64,000 nt of DNA from the human T2T-CHM13v2.0 reference genome, Homo sapiens: assembly GCF_009914755.1 (NCBI RefSeq), contig NC_060933.1; one strand, written 5' to 3'. The notes below the pieces were generated by a model that saw nothing but the letters and a program-made list of their open reading frames with translations, was not told the origin of the DNA and did not search any database. Positions 38,882 to 55,599 of this stretch are shown piece by piece. Positions within the stretch are counted from its first letter, which is position 1. Each line of letters starts with the position of its first letter. The translations under genes and the position numbers were made by a program.

Positions 38882-41150
38882 CTGGCAGTGTCCCCTGCAT
38901 CTGTCCCGTATCCCCGGCTTTATTCTTGTCAGTGGGACATCTCGATCAGCCTGCAAGATAGCACTCCCATCACCCTACAAGGAAACCTCACCCTTATTTA
39001 CATCACCCTCATTGCCCTACTTCTCTGCACCCATTCATGGCAGGGCAGGGAGGAACACCCAAAAGTGAGTCCTAATGTCCTCACCATCCATTTCCTGTTT
39101 TCTCTCGACCAGACTTCCACCACGTTCTCACCTCCATCACCCACTAAGATTGCTGTGGTAGGTAATGTTGATGGCACAGTGTCAAATCCAGTGCTGGGCA
39201 TGGTGAGTCACTGTCCTTCCCTGAGTGCTCCTTCCCAGGCCCCTGCCTGGAGGCTCCCTCGCCTCCATACATGTGTGGCCTCCTCGGAGACCGTCTCCCG
39301 GCTGTCTGTGTGCCGCAGCCCCACCCTCTCTGTCCTCCTTTGTGCTGGCTTGTTTCCTGTCCCTACCCCTAGCCCCACCTGATGTTGACACTGCGTCAGC
39401 TCCATGAGGTCAGGCTCCTGGCTTCATTCATTCCTGCACCCTGGGACCCATCAGTAAGGAACATCAGGAATGAGAAAGGAGTTCTGACTGCAGATTGGTC
39501 TTGTTCACCTCTTGTTGGCTCAATCACGTGTGTTTCATTCTGTGTTTCTTTAAAGCTTTTGTTTTGAGATTGTTTTACACTCACAGAAGAGCTGCTGAAT
39601 ACACAGAATTCCTGTGTCCCCTTTGGCCGCCCTGCCCTTGTGTTAGCATTTTACACTTGCCATCCTACTTCAACCTCACAATAACCAGAGGGGGAAAAGC
39701 CGTTGATACTCCCACTTCACAGACAAGAAAATGAAACACCCCAACGCTTAGCAGCAGGTCTCAGTTCACACAATTGGTAAATAAAAGAGCTTAAGATAGG
39801 CACCCGGGCCATCAAGGACAGGAGCCTGTGCTATCAACCACAGTTCTACACTTTGTGTCAATTAGATAAGAAAAAGAATGAGAAACCAATAGTGGAAAAG
39901 AATAGAAAAATACAGTCATCTTCTGAAGACCAAATGATTGCATACCTTGAAAATAAAGGATAATCCCTGACAACTCATTACATCTAGTAAGAGAGTTCAA
40001 TATTTTCACCAGATGAAAGATCCCCAAATAAAAATCAAGCTCTTCTCTGCACAGCAATAATCACGCAGAAAATGTAAGGAAAAAATTCTATTCACAGTAG
40101 AAACAAAACCATAAGATACCAAAAAGAAATGTGCAAAACCTACTAGAAAAAAAATTTTTAAGGCAGAAAAAGGATTCCTGATTATATGGAGACACACAAA
40201 CATCTATCCTAGTGAAGAATCCATATTGTAAAGATGCCAATTCTCCTCCAACTGAATCTGTAAATTATGATCAAAATCTCAACATGATTTTCTGCAATAT
40301 TTTATGAAAAATTTAAACACAAAAAAGTTGAATTTCAGTGAGTACACATATACTGCCACCTAGACTCTGCTATTACCATTTAACCATATTTACTTTATCA
40401 CAAACTCTCTGTTTATCCATCTCTCTATCCACCCATCAATTCATCATTTTAGTCCATATTAAAGTTGCAGGCATCAGTACACTTTACCCCTAAATGCTTC
40501 ATATACATCCCATTAACTAGAGTCAATATTTGTTTACAGTTTTTAAGGGAAAATTTACATGCAGTCAAATGCACAAGTCCTAAGTGAACATTTCCTAAGA
40601 CCTGAGATGGATATTCCTGGGTGACACAAATTGGTGTCACGTAGGAAACATTAACGTCACCAGAAAGCGCTGTCATGTGCCTGCCAGTCAATCCCCAAGC
40701 CGGCTTTGAGGCTACCGCTTTTCTGATGTTTTCCCACCATGGTTATCTTCGCCTCCTCTAGAAGTTCATACAAATGGGATCTTACAGTCTGTGCTCTTTT
40801 GTGTCAGATTTCTTTCCCCTAGCATAATTATTTTAAGATTCAGCCAAGCAGTTGCATGTATCCATACTTCAATCCTTTTTAATTCCTGTGTAAGACTCCA
40901 CTGTATAAATCAACCAGTCTCATTATCCATTCAACTGCTGATGAATACCTGAGATATTTGTCATCCAGGTTTTAAATGGAATTTGGCAAGCTAATTCTAA
41001 AGTACATATGGGAAGAAAAAAGTACAATGGCCAAGTAGAAATTTCTCTGAAGGGGATCTTCACAGACATGAAGCATATGAAAGCTATGAAAGCATATTAT
41101 ACAGCCATGATAATTAAAAGAGGGGATTTTGACATAGAAAAGGAAAATAA

Positions 41151-41445
41151 GGCCGGGTGCGGTGGCTCACGCCTGTAATCCCAGCACTTTGGGAGGCCGA
41201 GGCGGGCGGATTACGAGGTCAGGAGATCAAGACTATCCTGGCTAACACAGTGAAACCCCGTCTCTACTAAAAATACAAAAAATTAGCCAGGCGCGGTGGC
41301 GGGCGCCTGTAGTCCCAGCTACTCAGGAGGCAGAGCTTGCAGTGAGCCGAGATCACACCACTGCACTCCAGCCTGGGCAACAGGGTGAGACTCTTGTCTC
41401 AAAAAAAAAAAAAAGAAAAAAAGAAAGAAAGAAAGAAAGAAAACA
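41151..41445 (+). mobile_element. AluY with an internal 32-bp deletion
   Basis: AluY diagnostics; perfect 15-bp TSD agaaaaggaaaataa (41136-41150, 41446-41460). Confidence 0.96.
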
Positions 41446-41823
41446 AGAAAAGGAAAATAAATCAACTGAATAGAGTTTAAAAGCCCAGAAACAGAAAATG
41501 TGCTTAAATAACAGTGGGCATTTTAACAGCCCTCACTATGAATTACATTAAAACTTGAAAAAAAAAAAAGAAAAGAAGAAGAAGAAAATATATAGAACAT
41601 AGGAAAGGCTTTCCTAAGGAAAGTGTAAAACCCAGAAGCCATAAATGGAAAAACTGACTAATTTAACCACATAAAGTTTGAAACCATCTGCACAATGAAA
41701 AACAGAAAAATTAAAAAGATAAATGTTGGTTTCAAAAGAAAGCGTTTATACCCATAGATATTTTCTGAACTCTGACTAATCAGTAAATGTAAGATAACTC
41801 CTAGAAAACTGCAAAGGAAATGA

Positions 41824-42252
<429 letters not shown>

Positions 42253-43032
42253 TAAAGTTGAAAATAAACACTGTCGGCAAGAGTTTGAAGCACTGTCATA
42301 TATTTTGTCTGCAGGAGTATAGATAAGTAAAGCCTGCACTGTCAATATGCATATCAGTGACCCACTGATACTTCTAGCTTTGTATATCTACAAAAATACT
42401 GAAACACAAACATTGTGGTATTGAAAACTTGAAAATAACTCAAATGTTCATCAAGAAGAAAATGGTTACGTAAAATATGATATACTCATATGATCCAATA
42501 TTATTCAGCTCTTTAAAATAATAAGGAAGAGGCTACAGACTAACATGGAAAACAATCTCCAAGCTATATTTTTAAAAAGATAAGTATAAAACATTATGTA
42601 CTATGTGATCTAATACATGTAAAAAATGATCCAAGTATATGCACATGTACAGGTTTATTAAGGCAGAAGAAAATACTTGAAGGCTTCATAGCCAGAACCA
42701 TTTCCAAAAAGTGAATTTTTATTCTGTTTCCTGGTCTGTGGCTTGGATCTTTACAATGAGACTGTATTGCTTGTCTGTGGCTCCTTTGTTTTTTCATTTT
42801 TCAAGAGTAGGGGAAAGTTGAGGAAGGCCCATGATTTATCTTTCTTATGACTCTTTAATTTAATAATTTAAAATTATTCATACCATTTTTAAATACAGTC
42901 TTAGTCATCTCCATCGTCGTTGTCATCATCATCCAGGTTTGCAGTCATGGAGCACCCTTCCGTGCATGGGACATGTTACATATGTCATGTCTGATGCCCA
43001 TCACCATTCTGCAAAGGGGATATTGTTATCTC

Positions 43033-43454
<422 letters not shown>

Positions 43455-43640
43455 TAGGACCCTTTCAGAGGCCCTGCCCTCCCACGGGACACATTCAGGA
43501 TGCTCCCACACCCCTGGCTGTCATTGCACCATGTCCACACTGGAGCTGACATCTGCAAGGGCATCCGGCCAGCCAGGCCTTCCCCTGGGTACTCTGAAGT
43601 CAAGTTGGCCATAGGATGCCAGCAGGAACACCACCATCTT

Positions 43641-43720
43641 CATATACTTATATATACATGTATACACACACATATACATACATGTACAAACACACAGATA
43701 CACTCACCTATATATACATG
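43641..43720. repeat. Degenerate (TA/CA)n repeat
   Basis: catatacttatatatacatgtatacacacacatatacatac... Confidence 0.8.
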
Positions 43721-44852
43721 TTTTTACTAGAAACTCAGCTTCTCTGGGCACCAAAAGCAATCATGCTGAATGGAATTGGACATAGGCAAAATTGTGAAGA
43801 ATAATAAGGCCTCCTCGTATTTTCCTCTCATTTCCCATTCAGCACGTAGTGTTATTTGATGTAGGCTGAGCATCAAATCGCATCATGGGCAGGGAATACA
43901 GGTATGGGAGGACTCCTGGATGGACTGGACCAGGTATTCCTCCAGCCCTCCCACCCCATTCTTCTGTGCAGGGTGCTTACCAATGCACCACCCCTGGCAT
44001 TTATAAAAGCAAACAGTGTGTTCTGGCTAGAATCCTCCCCTTCTCTGTTTAGCCACATGCTTCTCCCCTCCCTTGCTTTGCCTTCAGGAGTCAGTGCAGG
44101 CTGACCGCCTGTGCCCAGATGCAGCACTCAGTCTGTCTAAGGTTCCAAGGCTGACTGCACTTCCTCCCTCCTCCCAGCCTGTTGCCCTTCATGCCTTTCC
44201 CTGGGCTACCTCCCACCTCCACCCTCCCAAGAAAAACTACCTCCCTCCTTACACACTGACGACAGGTAGTGGCTTCAAGTTGTCCTCATCTTATAATATA
44301 TATGTAATATATACTTGAAACTTTCCATAGCCAAACCCAGGAAATTCTGGTACTAATGGGTACCCATGAAATCCAGAAGAAGGGACTATTTGTGGGAAAG
44401 TGAGCCTTTTGGTCCCCAGTGCTATCCGTTCTCTCTTTTGATATGTGTAATTGCTGTTTTAATGTCATACAGTTAAAATGAGCATGCACAAAGTAAAATG
44501 TCATCAAAATCCTCCCATGAAGTGGCTCCCTGCAGCTCATGGACTTAAAGGTGAAAATACACACTTACTCGTCTCCAAAGCCAGTTGTTAGGAATCTTTC
44601 TTAGAGATCCCATTTTCATAGGAATTCCAGAATCTCATTTATTTATAGCTGTCCTGCATCAACAATGAATACATTGAATACAACTGGAAGCGCCAATTCC
44701 TTCCTGAGTTTAAAATTTATACTGGTGTCTAGTAAATGGCTCTCAGAGAACTTCCTTGGGTTCCAATCATTAAGGGGTGCCAATGAATCATCCAAGATCA
44801 AGAAAGAGAGAAAACACTACTGCTACACCTCCTTTTAGAAACAGCATGGGGG

Positions 44853-45149
44853 GGCCAGGCACGGTGGCTCACGCCTGTAATCCCAGCACTTTGGGAGGCC
44901 GAGGCCAGCGGGTCACCTGAGGTCAGGAGTTCCAGACGAGCCAGGGCAACATGGTGAAACCCCGTTTCTACTAAAAATACAAAACTTAGCCAGGCATGGT
45001 GGTGCATGCCTGTAATCCCAGCTACTTGGGAAGCTGAGGGAGGAGAATCACTTCAACCCGGGAGGCAGAGATTGCAGTGAGCTGAGATCATGCGACTGTA
45101 CTCCAGGCTGGGTGACAGAGCGAGACACCATCTCAAAAAAAAAAAAAAA
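44853..45149 (+). mobile_element. AluS (Sx-like)
   Basis: Full dimer, A tail, degenerate TSD ending catgggg. Confidence 0.95.
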
Positions 45150-45254
45150 GAACATGGGGTTTCATCTGGAAGGATGGTTCTTGTCAGCGGATGTGGGAGC
45201 CATGTGAGTGTAGAGAGGAATGGAGAGTGAGGATGTAGAGCTCGTACGTGCTCC

Positions 45255-45587
45255 ACACCTACCAGTGTGAGGCCAAGCAGCCCTGCTCTAGACCTCACAG
45301 TAGGAGGAGCTGTGGGTCCAGCAGAGGGTTCCTTTCCCTGCCGTCCCCGGAGATCTGAACCTTTCTCTAGATATTCATACATACTGGACAAATAGGGCAA
45401 GATCTTCTACTACGAAGATGTATGTGGTCCAACACATAGCCCAGATTTACGTGGCCTGTTGATGCACACACTAACCCTTGCTGCTATTAGCTCTCCTCCC
45501 TAATAGGTAAGAGCACTGATTTTTCCTTAAGCGTGCTATTCTGGAAAAATCTACATGATGCCTGCTCTGGTCTGGCCATGTGACAGT
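45255..45587 (+). repeat. Local direct duplication, copy 2
   Basis: About 90% identical to 38566-38881, with two extra segments of ~7 and ~11 bp. Confidence 0.95.
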
Positions 45588-46283
45588 TCTTCCAGAGGGA
45601 CTTATATGTTCCTGTGGGTTCTGGGACTGGAAACACCTTATCTTGGGAGATGTCTCACACTTAAGTTGAGCAAATGATTTCCCTTCTCGGCTTTTTCACG
45701 GTGGATTCACAGGCACATGGTTTCTGTCTGAATGTGTAGAAAACAATTATCTCATCTCATCCACTCACTGTCCTGACTGTCAGAACCTGCCCTTACAAGT
45801 CCCAAATCCAGCTGTGTTTCTTCTTCAGTTACAAAAGGAAGTAGAAGATGATCTATTTTAAACTGCCATGGGGAAAACACAATGGGAATCAACAATTCAA
45901 TTTTTCTTTAACTTTGTTAAGAGAAACTCATTTTTATCAAGCCGTATTGGGAATATAAAAGTAGAAGCTAGAAGGGAAGCAGTGTTGCCTATAATTTGTG
46001 TCTGGTCCTGAACATATGCTTTCTTATTTCTTGCACCCGTTTAACCCAGCACAAATCTTATGTATTTCCTACATCATTCATTGTTTTGTGCTTGAAAAAA
46101 TATTTTTCTCTACATTCATCTTTCTCTGTGGGCTTCCTATTCCTTGACTCTCTTTTTGACATCAGAGTCAACTTCCTCCTCAACCTGTCCAAATATTCTC
46201 TGACTTATTATTGAATGACTGCATTGGCACTCACCAGATTAGAGTAATTTCCAAGCTAATAATTACACTGGGCAGAGCCACAG

Positions 46284-46327
46284 ACACACACAATCTCACA
46301 CACACACTCACACACACACACACACAC
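46284..46327. repeat. Interrupted (CA)n microsatellite
   Basis: Direct reading. Confidence 0.9.
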
Positions 46328-47921
46328 GTGTCTCCAGGCATCCCCTGCAGCCTTTGGCTTCACACATACCACATCATAATGCTGCTGGGAATGGGGAGGT
46401 TCCTCCGCTAGGTCCATCGAAGCACCCAGATTAAAATATGGTGACCATTTTATTATTTTATCAGACCAGAAAGGAGAAGCCACGGCCCTTAAAATATAGG
46501 TGCCCTTAAAGGAAAATTGAATGAATAATTTTAAGCTGAATACGAGTGTGGAAATCCAAGTTACATGATAACCGCTGGCCTGATGTTCTCATGGCACAGT
46601 CTTGATTAATACTTTTTAGCCTACTGCTATATGTTTACTGAACCCCTCAGGACAACTTTAATTGGTTCTGAAAAAGCCTGAATATGCCACATTATTCTAG
46701 AAGATGACAGTAACAGGTTGGGTGACCTGTGAAGCAGATTCGCAATCAAAATGAATGATTGTTTGTATTTTAAGCCTCTGAGTCTGGGTGTTTGTTATGC
46801 AGAAGTACTGAGGTCTGGGACATCCCTGTGAGCTCCCCATCTTCCTATTCCAGCAGGGTATTTTCTGTTAGCCCAATCCTGTTTCTTTCTTAGGCCATCA
46901 ACCTCCACAAGATCACAGAGCACAGTGAGAGATAATCTATGTTATACACCCAGGAGGTCCAAAAATTTGGTTCCAAAACTTCCTACTAATGTAGAAAAGC
47001 ATAAGGAATCTTGGCTCCATATAACCATCAATTTAATGCACATTTCAAAATAATTTCAAATGGTAATTTCAAAATAATATATACCAATATTTTTAATATA
47101 TTACTATGATATATTATGTACTAATATGTTAATAATTAATATAAATGATAACAACATTTAATATGGAAACTTCCCCTGAAGCTCATGACAGAAAATCATA
47201 CTAGTCCTTGTCTCCTGGCAGGAAATAAGGAAATAAATGTAGAGTATCTAGATTGAATCTGAACCAAGTATAATATATCACGCAACTGCTGGCATCTGAT
47301 GCATATGTTGGCATAACTTGAAGACATGATAGTCTTTCTCAAATGAATAATTATCTCTGGTTTAACAGGGCCTATTTCATCCAGTTAGCAGTCCTTATAT
47401 GCAAAAGGATGAAGATACTGGACAGGACAAGCCCCCTGTGATGAGGGCTGCAGGAATGTCATAAAATCTTCTCCCTTACATGTGTGTGGACTTGCTGTGG
47501 GTGGCATGAATAACCATGGCATGATAGTGATAAGTATATAAAATAAAGGGAAAATTCAATGGTCATTACTTGTTTTCTTCCCTCCTCTACCTGCAGAAAC
47601 AGCACCACAGTTGCTTGGGAACATTTCCAGCAACTCTCCAGAACTGATGGAAGATCAGATACGAGGTAGTTGGCAGGCAATGACTAACTAGCTGTTGCAG
47701 TTAAGAAGAGGTATAAAACCCTTCTGGTTGGTAGGCCCACACTCTCCATAATGACCTGATCCTCTGTGTGTTTATATAATGGGAAACCCAGGAAGAAAAT
47801 GCTCTGTTCTCATCAACGTGTGTCTGAATTGTTACTCTTCAGTTTATTTCCATTATTTCCTAACTCTCAGAACGGGAGTATATCCCTGCGACTGAAGAAA
47901 TAACATTTCTCAAGGAACACT

Positions 47922-48368
47922 ACAGTGGCCTGTATTTTCCAAAGATGACACCAACAATATGTTCCCAATCCACAGATTCTCCTGCAATGTGACGGTCAGA
48001 CCCTTTGACCACTTTGTCCAATAGAACACAGCAGAGAGAATGCTGTTCCACTCGTGGTTGTCCTTAACAGGTCTGGGAACTTTCACTTCCTGCTTTGTGA
48101 AAGCCAAGCGCCATGAAAGAGGTATGGCGATCTGAAGACCACCAACCTGTGAGTAGTCCAGGTTCCACTGACAGGCCCTGAAGGATGAGGATGTCACGTG
48201 GAGAGGGAAAAGCAAGGAGCAGCATCAAGTGACAGTCCTAGCCAGGCAGAGCAGAGAAGAACCACCCCAGACAAGCCCCTGAAATATTTCAGACACACAA
48301 AATCATGAGTTTTAAGCCATTACTGGCTTGTTGAGGTTCCTATGACTCAGCAATAGATAACTAAAACA
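47922..48368 (+). mobile_element. MaLR LTR, MLT1G/H-like
   Basis: ttttccaaagatgacaccaacaat...cagacacacaaaatcatgag ttttaagcca...cagcaatagataactaaaaca. Confidence 0.7.
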
Positions 48369-48739
48369 GGTTCCAGTGTTTATCCCAGTTTTGCCCAATC
48401 CCAATCTTCACTGAAGGATGCCATTTGACCATCAATTAGTCGCTGTGTCCTCTAAGGAAGCATGCAGACAGCAAGTTTGTGGTGTTTACTAAAGAAACAC
48501 TCTATGTTTGACCCATTGCACTGGACACAGATGGCTGCCTTGAGAGTCAGGGCTCCTATGGTACATATGTCTTTATTTTATAAGCAGGATGACCATATTT
48601 TCTGAACCACAGACCCAGGAATGTGGTTTGACAATTATAAATGCAATCAGGAGGCAAGAAGACCGAATATTTTAAATCAGCACTACCCCAGAAAATACGG
48701 AAATTATACTGGTTGTGCTTACTGTCTGTCGTGTTTTAT

Positions 48740-48905
48740 AAATAAACCTTAGACAATCTACGTACCCTTCATGTTTCTACTCCTTTGTTAGTAATAAACT
48801 ACTACATCCTTCACAGATTGTGGAGATTAAATGAGATAATTCACACATAATCAGGAGACTATATGGCACATTGTAGAACTGCTCCATAAATATTAGCTAA
48901 TTACA
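48740..48905 (+). mobile_element. MIR
   Basis: cacagattgtggagattaaatgagataat...ctccataaatattagcta. Confidence 0.7.
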
Positions 48906-49013
48906 TTTTTATAGTTGCTATCTCTTTATGTCCCTTTCATATACCTTAAGTACAGTAAGTGTTCAATAAATAGTTGTTTATGGAAGTTAAGGTTGTTTGT
49001 TGGGATTATGGAG

Positions 49014-49937
49014 TCTATTAGTTGGCTATTGTTGTGTAACAAATTACCATAAACTTAATGGCTTCAAACAACTTCCATTCATTATCTCACAGTTCTGTAG
49101 GTCAGAAGTCCAAGTGGGCTCAACTGGGGTCTCTACTTAGGGTCTTTCAGGGCTGAAATTTTGGCTGGGCTGGGCTCTAACCAAGGTTCTGAGGAAGAGT
49201 CTGCTTTTAAGCTTGTTCAGGTTGATGGGAGAATTCCATTTTTTGCTATTGCTTGACTGACTTCTCCATTTCTTTGTTAGCTGTCAGTCAAGGGCCATTC
49301 TCAGCTCCTAAGGCCATTTGCATTCTTTGCTCCATGGCCTCCTCTATCTTCAAAGCCAGTAATTGTTCATCAAATACTTCTCATACTTGGAATCTCTCTG
49401 ACTTCCTCTTCTTCTACCAATCAGATAAAACTCCACTTTAAAAAAATAGATTTAGGAGGTACAAGTGCAGTATTGTTACATGTATGTGGATATATTTCAT
49501 CATGGTGAAATCTGGACTTTTGCGTACACGTCACTCAAATAGTGAACATTGTACCAAATAGGTAGTTTTTTAACCTTCACCCCATTCCCATCTCCTCATC
49601 TTTTGGAGTCTCTAACATCTGCTATTCCACTTTATATGTCCATGCATACCCAGTGTGTAGTTCCCACTTACAAGTGAGAACATGCAGTATTTAACTTTCC
49701 GTTTCTGAGTTATTTCACTTATGATAATGATTCCAGGTCCATCTATGTAAAACTCTATATTTAAAGGGCTCATATGGTTAGGTTAGGCCCACCCAGATTA
49801 TATTTTTATTTTAACATCAACTCATTAGTGACCGTAACCACATAGGCAGGATTTCTTTGCTATATCACTTAACCTAATCATGGATGCTGCAATGGGGGCA
49901 GAGATCATTAGGGCCACCTACAGTTCTGTCCACCAGA
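49014..49937 (-). mobile_element. MLT1E-like LTR, interrupted by L1PB
   Basis: gtaacaaattaccataaacttaatggcttcaaacaac...ctcacagttctgtaggtcagaagtcc...tttaaagggctcatatggttaggttaggcccaccc. Confidence 0.85.
49441..49747 (-). mobile_element. L1PB-type 3' end
   Basis: ggtacaagtgcagtattgttacatg...cccacttacaagtgagaacatgcagtattt; TSD-like taaaactccacttta/taaaactctatattta. Confidence 0.85.
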
Positions 49938-51737
49938 GTACAAACTCTGGCCCCATAATTCACTCTCACTTGCAGAAAACATTTACCTGCTCCCCAAGGT
50001 TTCCAACAGTCTCATCCCATTATCACACTAGATAAAGTCCAGAATCTCACCAGCTCAAAAGCCCAAAACTCATTATCTACTTATCTGAATCAGGTGTAGA
50101 TAAAGCTTCTGAGTGTCACCCATTAAGTACAGCTCCAGGGGCACAATTTGTCTCCACCTACACACCTGTGAAATAAAAGACACAAGGTATCTTTCTCCAA
50201 TACTCCCAACACACAATGGTGGAAAGAATAACAGTTATAGAACTCAAGTCCAAAATTGGGGAAATGGAAGGTAAAAAGGAGTCATTTGTTTCAATCTGTT
50301 TTGAAACCCAGCTGGGCAAAATCCACCAGGTCTCAAAGCCAGGTAACCTGTGTCTCTCAGCTGCTCTGGGCTTTCATCTTCAACTTCTGGGCTCCTGCTT
50401 TAGCTCTTAGAGTCATGCTCCGTTTTTCACAAAAGGTGACAGGTGTTTGCAGCTGGGGAATTTTATCAGTCTGCTTTTGCCATTTTGTAATATCTATATT
50501 CCATTTAGTCCTAGTTGGCATCTTTATTTTCTGCTAATCTGTTTTGCTAAAATATTTCCACTAATACAATGTTTTTTTCTAAAGTGTGTGGGCCTTGTGT
50601 GTATTTTCACTGGGTTTCTCTGCATTAGACAAAAGCTATACACACAAATCTTTCTCTAATAATCTCTTCTCTATCTTTGGCTTCTGCTTGGAGTGCTGAA
50701 CACCAGTGTTTTTAAGCTTCCCAGAGGCTCTCTGGTTTGATTAGAAGATCTACATGGAACACTCTTAATCCCTTGGAAGAGTCATTATGTGGCTGAATAC
50801 ACAAGACCTCTGAGCTTTCCAGGGTTTCAGCAAAGAGCTGCACAAACACATATTCAGCCTTTTCTCTATGTCATAATTTTGGCATCCATCTCTGACTTCT
50901 AGGGGTATTTTTTGCCACCTGGAGAGGCTAAACTTTTGAAATTATCAAGTCGTTGTCCCTTCAATAAGTCTTCCTTCAATATGTCTCTCTTCTATTACAT
51001 TTTAACATAAAAAGCAAGAAAAAAACAAGCAGCACCTTCAACACTTTGCCTGGAAATTTCCTTAGCTATATATTCCAGTTTATTACTTATGAGTTCTGCT
51101 TTTTATGTAACAACTGGACACAATTTCACTAAACTTTCTGCAATTATATAACAAGGATCTCTTTTCTTCAGGTTTCCAATAACGTGTTTCTCACTTCCTT
51201 CTTGGCCCATGTCAGTAGTATCCTTAAAGTCCAGATTTCTACTAGCAATCTGTTTAAAGTGATTCAGCTTTTTCTATAATGCTCCTCACTTTTTTCTGAG
51301 ACTTCACTGGCAGAGTCTTTAACACACATATCTCAGTCAACCAATCAAACTATTAGAGTCCTTTCTAACCCATCACTTTAAAACACTGAGTCCATACTCT
51401 CAGTGAGCCTGTATCAGTAATTTCAGACTGATACAACTTTATATTCCTTCCACTTTGATGCCACACCCTTAAGATCCATTCCCACACATATTCCCCAGGT
51501 TTCTGTCACTATAAGCTAGAAACATCACATAGTTCTTTTGGTGTCCATCACACCTCTCTGTGGGTCACAACTTGTACTTCACCTTAGGATCTACTGGGAC
51601 TTGAGCCTCACGATAGGTCTCTAGGTCCAGAGGAGGATCAGCAGTGCCTATAGGGTCACTAGGTCAGAAAAGCTCATCATAAGTCTTCAGTAAAGGGGGG
51701 ATAACCTCAGGCAGGGGGAAGAAGCTGCTTCTACTGT
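49938..51737 (-). mobile_element. MLT1 internal (MaLR-int) sequence
   Basis: Contiguous with the LTR; MaLR-int-like motifs agtctcatcccatta, aagtccagaatctca, ccttcaacactttgcctggaaatttccttagcta. Confidence 0.65.
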
Positions 51738-52275
51738 TGTACTGGGGGTCCCCAAGACCACTCCCCACCTCAGTGATTATCTAGGAGGACTCAGCATACA
51801 GTTGTACTCACTGTTATAATGTATTACCTCAAAAGGATAAAAAAGCAAAATCAGCAAAGAAAAAAGGTCAATAGGACAAAGTCTGGAGGAAACTAGGCAC
51901 AGCTTCCTAGAGTCCTCTCCCTGCAGAGTCACAGAGCCTGGACTAATTTCTCCAGCATCTAGTTGTGACAACTCCTGTAAAATATCATCTACCAGAGAGA
52001 CAGACCAGGGTTTTTATTGAGGGCTGTTCACACAACCACTGTCTGCTTAGCACATACCAAAATTCCAGAGTCCCAGAAGGAAAATCAATCTCAGCCTAGA
52101 TCAAATTGTTTGCACAATCAGGTTAAACAGCGTGAGCAACCTTTGCCATTTAGGGAATAGGGAAACTCTCCCAAAATCCAAGTTCCCAGAAATCAACCAA
52201 GGCTCAACCTTATAAGCAGACCTTTCTAAGGAGAGCATTCTCAGGCCTTGCTCTGTTAAAACTCTTTCCTACACA
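51738..52275 (-). mobile_element. ERVL-class solo LTR of the MER21/MER68/MER77 group
   Basis: ggggtccccaagaccac...aaaatcagcaaag...ccaaaattccagagtcccagaaggaaa...tgttaaaactctttcctacaca; 5-bp TSD actgt/gctgt. Confidence 0.85.
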
Positions 52276-52489
52276 GCTGTCAATGAAGACATGGTAGAAT
52301 TTAGGGGTTTGAGGCCCCCAGTTTGCTTGCATCTCTTCCTATGTCCATACTCCAGTTTTCAAAATCCCACTTCTTCCCAGTCAGTGCTCTAAATTTCACA
52401 AAAGACAAATTGTGAGTTAATGAATTCAATTTGCTTTGTAATTAAGCCATGACAGAATCAGACTCTGAGTTTAACCATTTGCTACAACA

Positions 52490-52895
52490 ATTGGGGGTGC
52501 TTCTGGCATTTGGTAGGAAGAAAATAGGGATGCTAGACATCCCACAAAATAACAAACTTCCCCTCATCCCATATGAATTTTGAATGCCCACTTGGATTTT
52601 CACATAGATGGAGCAACCTGCTTATAATGATCTGAGCCAATAATCTAACTCTTTACATGTAAATAGAAGGGATATTTTTACATGGGTTTAAAATTCATTG
52701 ACTTTTCCAAGAATATATCCATTGTGTAAATTAAGAAGAGATTGTGCTCTGTTTTCCTTGGAACTTTACCAAGAGTGGCTCATCACTTTAGAAAATCACA
52801 TTCCTGATGACCAAACTACTTGTGATGCTTGAGTCACAAAAACAACACTTGTATCATCAGTCTGCATTCATGACTTGGGCATTCAAAATGATTAT
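52490..52895. mobile_element. MER20B-like hAT-Charlie element
   Basis: ttataatgatctgagcc, ggaactttaccaagagt, gaaaatcac, atcagtctgcatt. Confidence 0.7.

Positions 52896-52898
<3 letters not shown>

Positions 52899-52940
<42 letters not shown>
52899..52940. repeat. (TG)21 microsatellite
   Basis: Direct reading; perfect repeat, probably polymorphic. Confidence 0.97.
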
Positions 52941-52943
<3 letters not shown>

Positions 52944-53081
52944 TTATTTCAAAATGTCAAATATAGAAACAAATTTTTAGTTGAATATTGGTTTCCTTTT
53001 TTCAAATTAAACCTTTTTATTTTAAGTAGTTACAATAATCTATTAATAGTTATCTCTTTGTCTCCTAGTGATATACTCTCT

Positions 53082-55548
<2,467 letters not shown>

Positions 55549-55599
55549 CTATTACAACACATGTTGTGAAGAATTTGTTCACATGCTGCTTCAATTATG

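Noticed and set aside
38849-39382. 177-aa ORF with a hydrophobic stretch
   Set aside because: It runs from the duplicated block through pyrimidine-rich L2-like sequence, and I recognise no homology.
48586-48722. Possible MER94/Blackjack-type MITE (also ~46440)
   Set aside because: Only a terminal ggtgaccat-like motif is recognisable, which is too degraded to call.
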